NCBI GenBank assembly: GCA_943356525.1
Contig: CALRFG010000006.1
Span: 4,024-68,023, forward strand
Direction of reading: 5' to 3'
DNA from: Candidatus Nomurabacteria bacterium
GTDB taxonomy: Bacteria > Patescibacteriota > Minisyncoccia > Phycocordibacterales > CAIZLB01
Length of the DNA: 64,000 nucleotides
Of this stretch, positions 59,488 to 64,000 are shown in pieces; positions within the stretch are counted from its first letter, which is position 1, and each line of letters starts with the position of its first letter. A program made the position numbers and the translations under genes. The notes beneath the pieces were generated by a model, which saw nothing but the letters and a program-made list of their open reading frames with translations, was not told the DNA's origin and searched no databases.

Positions 59488-61272
59488 TTATTCTATTTCT
59501 ATATCTGAATTAATAATTTCAGGAGTAATAAAGGGAGTTAAATCTTTTTTATTTTTATTTTCAAAATCACATTGATAACTTGTACAGCTTTGTAAAAACT
59601 CTCGTAAATATGCAGCAGCACCTTTTGTATTTGTATGTGGACCTTTCTCTAACATGTATACTATAGCGTATTTTGGTTCTGTGTATGGCCAAAAACCTAT
59701 AAACCAAGAATTTATAAATTGATTTCTATTTCCAGTCTGAGCTGTTCCTGTTTTACCAGCAAGTTTTAATCCAGTAAAATCTAGAGACTTGGCAGTACCA
59801 GCTGTTACTGTCAATCTCATACCCTCAGATATTTCATTAAAATTATCTTTATTAATATTTTTTAATTTATTTTCTATTTTTATATATTTTGTAGCTTCAG
59901 CTGTATTTATTTTAAATTCGGGTATATTTTTTGCATCTTTTGCTAAGATAGTTGTCATACCCAAAGCTTGTATAGGTGAAATAGAAAAACCATATTGACC
60001 TATGGACGAGTTATACGTGTCTCCAAGTCGCCATATGTCTCCATCAAAGGCTTTTAATTTCCATTCTGGGTTTGGTATAACAGACTGCTTACTTTTAAAA
60101 AAAGTTTTTTCATGTCTATTATCCAATCCAAAATATTTTGAATATTCATCAAGTTTAGAAATACCTAAACCTTTTTTTCCTGGAACTCCACCACCTATAG
60201 TGTAGAAATAAACATCAGATGATACTGCGATGGCTTCTCTTACATCTGTGTAGCCATGAGCTTTCCAATCTTTAAAAACAGTATCGTTTCCAGGACTATA
60301 TGGATTTGGAACAACAAGCTTACCTGTAGACAATATTTTTTCTCTTGCCGAGACAACACCTTCATTTAAACCTGCCAAAGCAAATACTGGTTTAACTATA
60401 GAGCCCGGAGCATATAAACCGTCAACATATCGATTTAAAAATATACTTCTTGGATCGTTTATGTATTTTGATATTTTTTCAACATCGGTACCATCAAACA
60501 TTATATTTGAATCAAAGTCTGGATATGTAACAGATGCCAGTATGGATCCATCCCTCACATCAGCAATTAAAGCAACTCCACCATTATAGTCACTTTCCTG
60601 TCCTGCATTTTTAAAAGTTTCAAACAAAGCTTTTTGTATTTCAAAATCTATTGTTAGATAAATATCTTTACCATTTTTTGGTAGATCAATAGTATTTTGA
60701 GAAATAAGTTTACCTGACGAATCTATTTCAGAATAAAAATATCCAGCCTTACCATTTAGTGTATCATTAAAGTATTTTTCTATACCTCCGACTGTTTCTA
60801 CTTCTTTATTTATGTAGAAACCATTTTTATCTCTTTTTGGAAATTTAATATAGCCCAATAAATTACCTATACCATAACTATCTTTATATCTTCTTATTTG
60901 AGTATTGTCAGTTGAGGATGATGATACCTCTGTAGTTGTTGATGTATTTTCATTCCAAGCTAGCGGGATTTTATTTCTATCGTAAATAATACCTCTTGCT
61001 GAGAAAATAGGTGTTGTCTCAAAACGATTATTTTCAGCTTTATTATTATAAAAATCCCCTTTAACTATTTGTAATTTATAAGAATTATAAAAAAAGAGAG
61101 AAAATATAGCTAAAACAAAAAATATAATAATATAAAAAATATAGTTTGAAATAGGTTTTATAATACGACCTTCGAGCTGACTGTGGTCAAAGGATGGTAG
61201 ATTTAATTGATCTATCAATATATCTTCTGGTGAAATATCTCTATTCTTTTCTTTTCTTCTATGATGCCTCAT
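59488..61272 (-). CDS. mrdA: Penicillin-binding protein 2 (class B transpeptidase)
   Basis: ARGIIYDRN, PGSIVKP (SxxK), SSDVYFY, GKTGTAQ; follows mreBC. Confidence 0.9.
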   Translation of the reverse strand: MRHHRRKEKNRDISPEDILIDQLNLPSFDHSQLEGRIIKPISNYIFYIIIFFVLAIFSLFFYNSYKLQIVKGDFYNNKAENNRFETTPIFSARGIIYDRNKIPLAWNENTSTTTEVSSSSTDNTQIRRYKDSYGIGNLLGYIKFPKRDKNGFYINKEVETVGGIEKYFNDTLNGKAGYFYSEIDSSGKLISQNTIDLPKNGKDIYLTIDFEIQKALFETFKNAGQESDYNGGVALIADVRDGSILASVTYPDFDSNIMFDGTDVEKISKYINDPRSIFLNRYVDGLYAPGSIVKPVFALAGLNEGVVSAREKILSTGKLVVPNPYSPGNDTVFKDWKAHGYTDVREAIAVSSDVYFYTIGGGVPGKKGLGISKLDEYSKYFGLDNRHEKTFFKSKQSVIPNPEWKLKAFDGDIWRLGDTYNSSIGQYGFSISPIQALGMTTILAKDAKNIPEFKINTAEATKYIKIENKLKNINKDNFNEISEGMRLTVTAGTAKSLDFTGLKLAGKTGTAQTGNRNQFINSWFIGFWPYTEPKYAIVYMLEKGPHTNTKGAAAYLREFLQSCTSYQCDFENKNKKDLTPFITPEIINSDIEIE

Positions 61273-61287
61273 TTTATATTTATTTTT

Positions 61288-62187
61288 TTATTTAAAAATA
61301 ACTTTATAAATATTTTGAGGTGAAACTATAAGTTGTGCATAGATTATTGTAAAAGTTGACTTATTATCTTCATCAATATTTACAATCTTAGCTATCGGCT
61401 TCAAACCATCTAAAGTTCTCATATAGATAAAAGTATCTTTTTTAACCTCAGTTTTTGGTGGAACTTTCGCTATCAACTGTCCATAACCTAAACCTTCAAA
61501 TATATAAGATTGATAATTTGTATTATTTTCTGTTACAGTTTCTTCTACCTGACCAGGTATATCATTTAAAATAGCTGAGGTTGTAGATATATCAATACTT
61601 TTATTCAAATTATCAGTGGCCAGAGAATCAGTAGCAAAATCAATGATATTTTCCTGTTCAATTAGAAAATTATTCTTAAAACCTGAATCAGAAAATAGTT
61701 TAATATTTATAGTTGATGATGAATTATCTGTAGTAAGCCCGATTAGATTATCAGTAAAAAAATCATAAACATAAGTCGTATCATTTACGTAAACATCTTT
61801 TTGTTTAGCAATAAATTGATCTGTTTTTAAAAGATTAGGTGCAACATTGTAAAAATTATTTTCAGTCATTTTTCTTGAAAGATTATCAGAAAGAGGTTCT
61901 GGATTTTCAACTTTTCGTGACACGAAACCATGTATAAAATACCTAGTTTGAGGAACAGTATAGATAAAAATAATTAACAATAAAATTGAAATAAATGTTT
62001 TATACACGAAGGATTTATAATCAAGTAAACCAAATCCTTGATTACTCATTTTATATGAATTTCTTCTTCTATCATTTCCTAAACTCGTAATACTTCTACC
62101 ACCTAGCTTATTTTTTAAACTAGTAAAAGCATCATTTGATAAGTATCTGTTTTTTAATCTATCTCCTGATTGATAATTCATCTTCAT
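61288..62187 (-). CDS. mreC: Divergent MreC-like protein
   Basis: Located between mreB and pbp2; single TM; C-terminal beta-rich region (FEGLGYG). Confidence 0.55.
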   Translation of the reverse strand: MKMNYQSGDRLKNRYLSNDAFTSLKNKLGGRSITSLGNDRRRNSYKMSNQGFGLLDYKSFVYKTFISILLLIIFIYTVPQTRYFIHGFVSRKVENPEPLSDNLSRKMTENNFYNVAPNLLKTDQFIAKQKDVYVNDTTYVYDFFTDNLIGLTTDNSSSTINIKLFSDSGFKNNFLIEQENIIDFATDSLATDNLNKSIDISTTSAILNDIPGQVEETVTENNTNYQSYIFEGLGYGQLIAKVPPKTEVKKDTFIYMRTLDGLKPIAKIVNIDEDNKSTFTIIYAQLIVSPQNIYKVIFK

Positions 62188-63244
62188 TTTCTATTATTAT
62201 ATCTTTATAAAATTCAATGTTAGATGCGATAATACCAGTACCTCTAACAACGGCAGTCAAAGGATCATCAGCCACTGTAACTTTTATACCCAAATATTCC
62301 GACAAAGCTTCGTCAAGCCCTTTTATCAATGCCCCACCACCTGTTAAGTATATACCATTTTCCATAATATCCGACAGAACTTCAGGAGGTGTTGATTCTA
62401 AAACTTCTTTTACAGATTCGAAAAGTGAGTCGGCTGATATATGTATAGCATCATGTATGTCTTCTTCGGTAACAGTGATTTCTTTTGGTAAACCCGTAAC
62501 AAGATCTCTTCCTCTAATAGTTGATTCAAGTGGTGGGTTTGATGGTATGATATTTGATAATTCTATTTTCAATTGTTCAGCACTTTTTTCACCTACTAAA
62601 ACTTTAAATTCATTTCTAATATATGAAATGATGTCTGTATTAAATCTATCGCCCGCAACTTTAAGATTTTTACCACGGACAATACCACTTAAAGATATGA
62701 TGGCAATATCAGTTGTACCTCCTCCTATATCTATAATCATATTTCCTTGAGCTTCTTTTATAGGTAAACCTATACCAATAGCAGCAGCTATAGGTTCTTC
62801 TATAATAAACACATGTCTTGCACCAGCGTTATAAGCAGCATCACGAACGGCACGTCGCTCTACGTTTGTAACACTATAAGGAACACCGATTACAACCGAT
62901 TGGAGTATAGAAATCTTTAAAACCTCAATAGTTTTTTTAATAAAATAAGCAAGCATCTCTTCAGTAACCTCAAAGTCAGAGATAACACCATCAACAAGTG
63001 GACGTATAGCTGCTATGTGACTGGGGGTTTTACCGAGCATGATCTTGGCCTGATTTCCCACAGCAACGACCTGATTTGTTTTTTGATTTATAGCAACAAC
63101 AGATGGTTCATTTATTATAACCCCTTTACCCTCAACATATACCAGAGTATTTGCAGTACCCAAGTCTATACCAACACCTTGCCCTTTACCTTTCATGGCC
63201 GCAACCCTGTTATTTGTGATTGATTTTAGAAAATTAAATGCCAT
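62159..63244 (-). CDS. mreB: Rod shape-determining protein MreB
   Basis: GIDLGTANT, NEPSVVA, IRPLVDGVI, IDIGGGTTD, LTGGGALI. ATG at 63244 preferred. Confidence 0.97.
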   Translation of the reverse strand: MAFNFLKSITNNRVAAMKGKGQGVGIDLGTANTLVYVEGKGVIINEPSVVAINQKTNQVVAVGNQAKIMLGKTPSHIAAIRPLVDGVISDFEVTEEMLAYFIKKTIEVLKISILQSVVIGVPYSVTNVERRAVRDAAYNAGARHVFIIEEPIAAAIGIGLPIKEAQGNMIIDIGGGTTDIAIISLSGIVRGKNLKVAGDRFNTDIISYIRNEFKVLVGEKSAEQLKIELSNIIPSNPPLESTIRGRDLVTGLPKEITVTEEDIHDAIHISADSLFESVKEVLESTPPEVLSDIMENGIYLTGGGALIKGLDEALSEYLGIKVTVADDPLTAVVRGTGIIASNIEFYKDIIIENEDELSIRR

Positions 63245-63344
63245 ATTTCTGGTAACTATAGCACAGATCTCATAAATTAAAAAACGACATCTTCCAAGGA
63301 AAGGAAGAGTCATTTTTTAATTTATTCGATAAGGAAGTAGTGAT

Positions 63345-63605
63345 TTATACTGTCTCTGTAGGCTCGTTTATCTTTAAGTTTAATCTTGAGTTATTCTTCA
63401 TTCCGAAAACTCTAAGCAATGTTCTTATAGCCTTAGCTGTAGAACCTTCACGACCTATAATTTTACCCATATCGTTTTTATTAACCTCTAAAGTTAATAA
63501 AACACCCATTTCATCAACTGTTCTGATAACTTTAATATTCTCTTGATCTTCAACAAGAGGTTTTATTATATTTAGGAGAAATTGTGTGTCGTCTATTTGT
63601 TGCAT
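63345..63605 (-). CDS. khpA: KH domain RNA-binding protein KhpA
   Basis: DMGKIIGREGSTAKAIRTLL; directly downstream of rpsP. Confidence 0.9.
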   Translation of the reverse strand: MQQIDDTQFLLNIIKPLVEDQENIKVIRTVDEMGVLLTLEVNKNDMGKIIGREGSTAKAIRTLLRVFGMKNNSRLNLKINEPTETV

Positions 63606-63694
63606 ATGTTTATTGATTTACTGTTTAATTATTAATAACTTTATTATAAACAAAAATTGACCTCATGTATAGATAGTCAATTTTTGCAGAGATG

Positions 63695-64000
63695 TTATTT
63701 TTTGGCTTCGGCTTTTTTCTGAGGAGTTTTTTTAGGTAAAACGTTTTTCTTTTTACCTTCTGTTATACCAGCGGCAACAAGCATATTGTGCACTGTTGGA
63801 GATACTTGGGCACCATTTTTTATAAATGCTTTTATTTTATCAGCTTTGAATGATTCTTTTTCTATAGTTTTTTTACGAAAATCAACAGATCCAAGTACTT
63901 CAATAGCCTTACCACTTCTTGCAGCATATTTTGAATTGATTAATACAATTCTGAATGATGGGTCGTTTTTTCTTCCAACTCTTTGTAGTCTTATGTTTAA
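63695..64000 (-). CDS. rpsP: 30S ribosomal protein S16 (start just outside the window), not in ORF track
   Basis: LNIRLQRVGRKNDPSFRIV...IEVLGS...GAQVSPTVHNML. Confidence 0.95.
   Translation of the reverse strand, partial: LNIRLQRVGRKNDPSFRIVLINSKYAARSGKAIEVLGSVDFRKKTIEKESFKADKIKAFIKNGAQVSPTVHNMLVAAGITEGKKKNVLPKKTPQKKAEAKK

Noticed and set aside
1-64000. Alternative genetic code (TGA=Gly), prophage, integrase or IS element
   Set aside because: Conserved genes are full length under code 11 and TGA serves as a stop (e.g. 43231-43233); no integrase, transposase or phage structural genes are recognisable.

Overview
AT-rich chromosomal segment. Gene content and order point to a Patescibacteria/CPR (Parcubacteria-like) bacterium using the standard code 11; this is inference, not a database result. 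Housekeeping genes: topA, parB, dnaK-grpE, rpmJ..rpsM-rpsK-rpsD-rpoA-rplQ-rplM-rpsI, gyrA, tsaD, hsp20, secA, rseP, frr, uvrC-like, pbp2-mreC-mreB, khpA-rpsP and four tRNAs (Ala, Lys, Leu, Phe). Accessory modules: a Fur/Zur metal-homeostasis locus, DsbB/DsbA, a secreted SGNH/FN3/PG-binding protein, type IV pilin-like genes, five tandem VirB2/TrbC-like pilins, a VirD4-like ATPase, a DinJ/YafQ-type TA pair, and a ~14 kb surface-glycan locus (O-antigen ligase, flippase, five methyltransferases, GT6-GT2, GT11, acyltransferase). The ORF track missed a Zn-free L36, a histone H1-like 44-aa protein, a Cys-rich 29-aa peptide and rpsP. Most notable observations: (1) a ~175-nt structured element with covarying stems downstream of two different tRNAs, each copy ending in a duplicate of its own tRNA's 3' end; (2) a Fur-box-controlled Cys-rich peptide/terminator/CooC-like/ZIP operon; (3) an orphan ~140-nt structured RNA with its own promoter and terminator; (4) a GT6+GT11 blood-group-like pair; (5) widespread leaderless promoter architecture.
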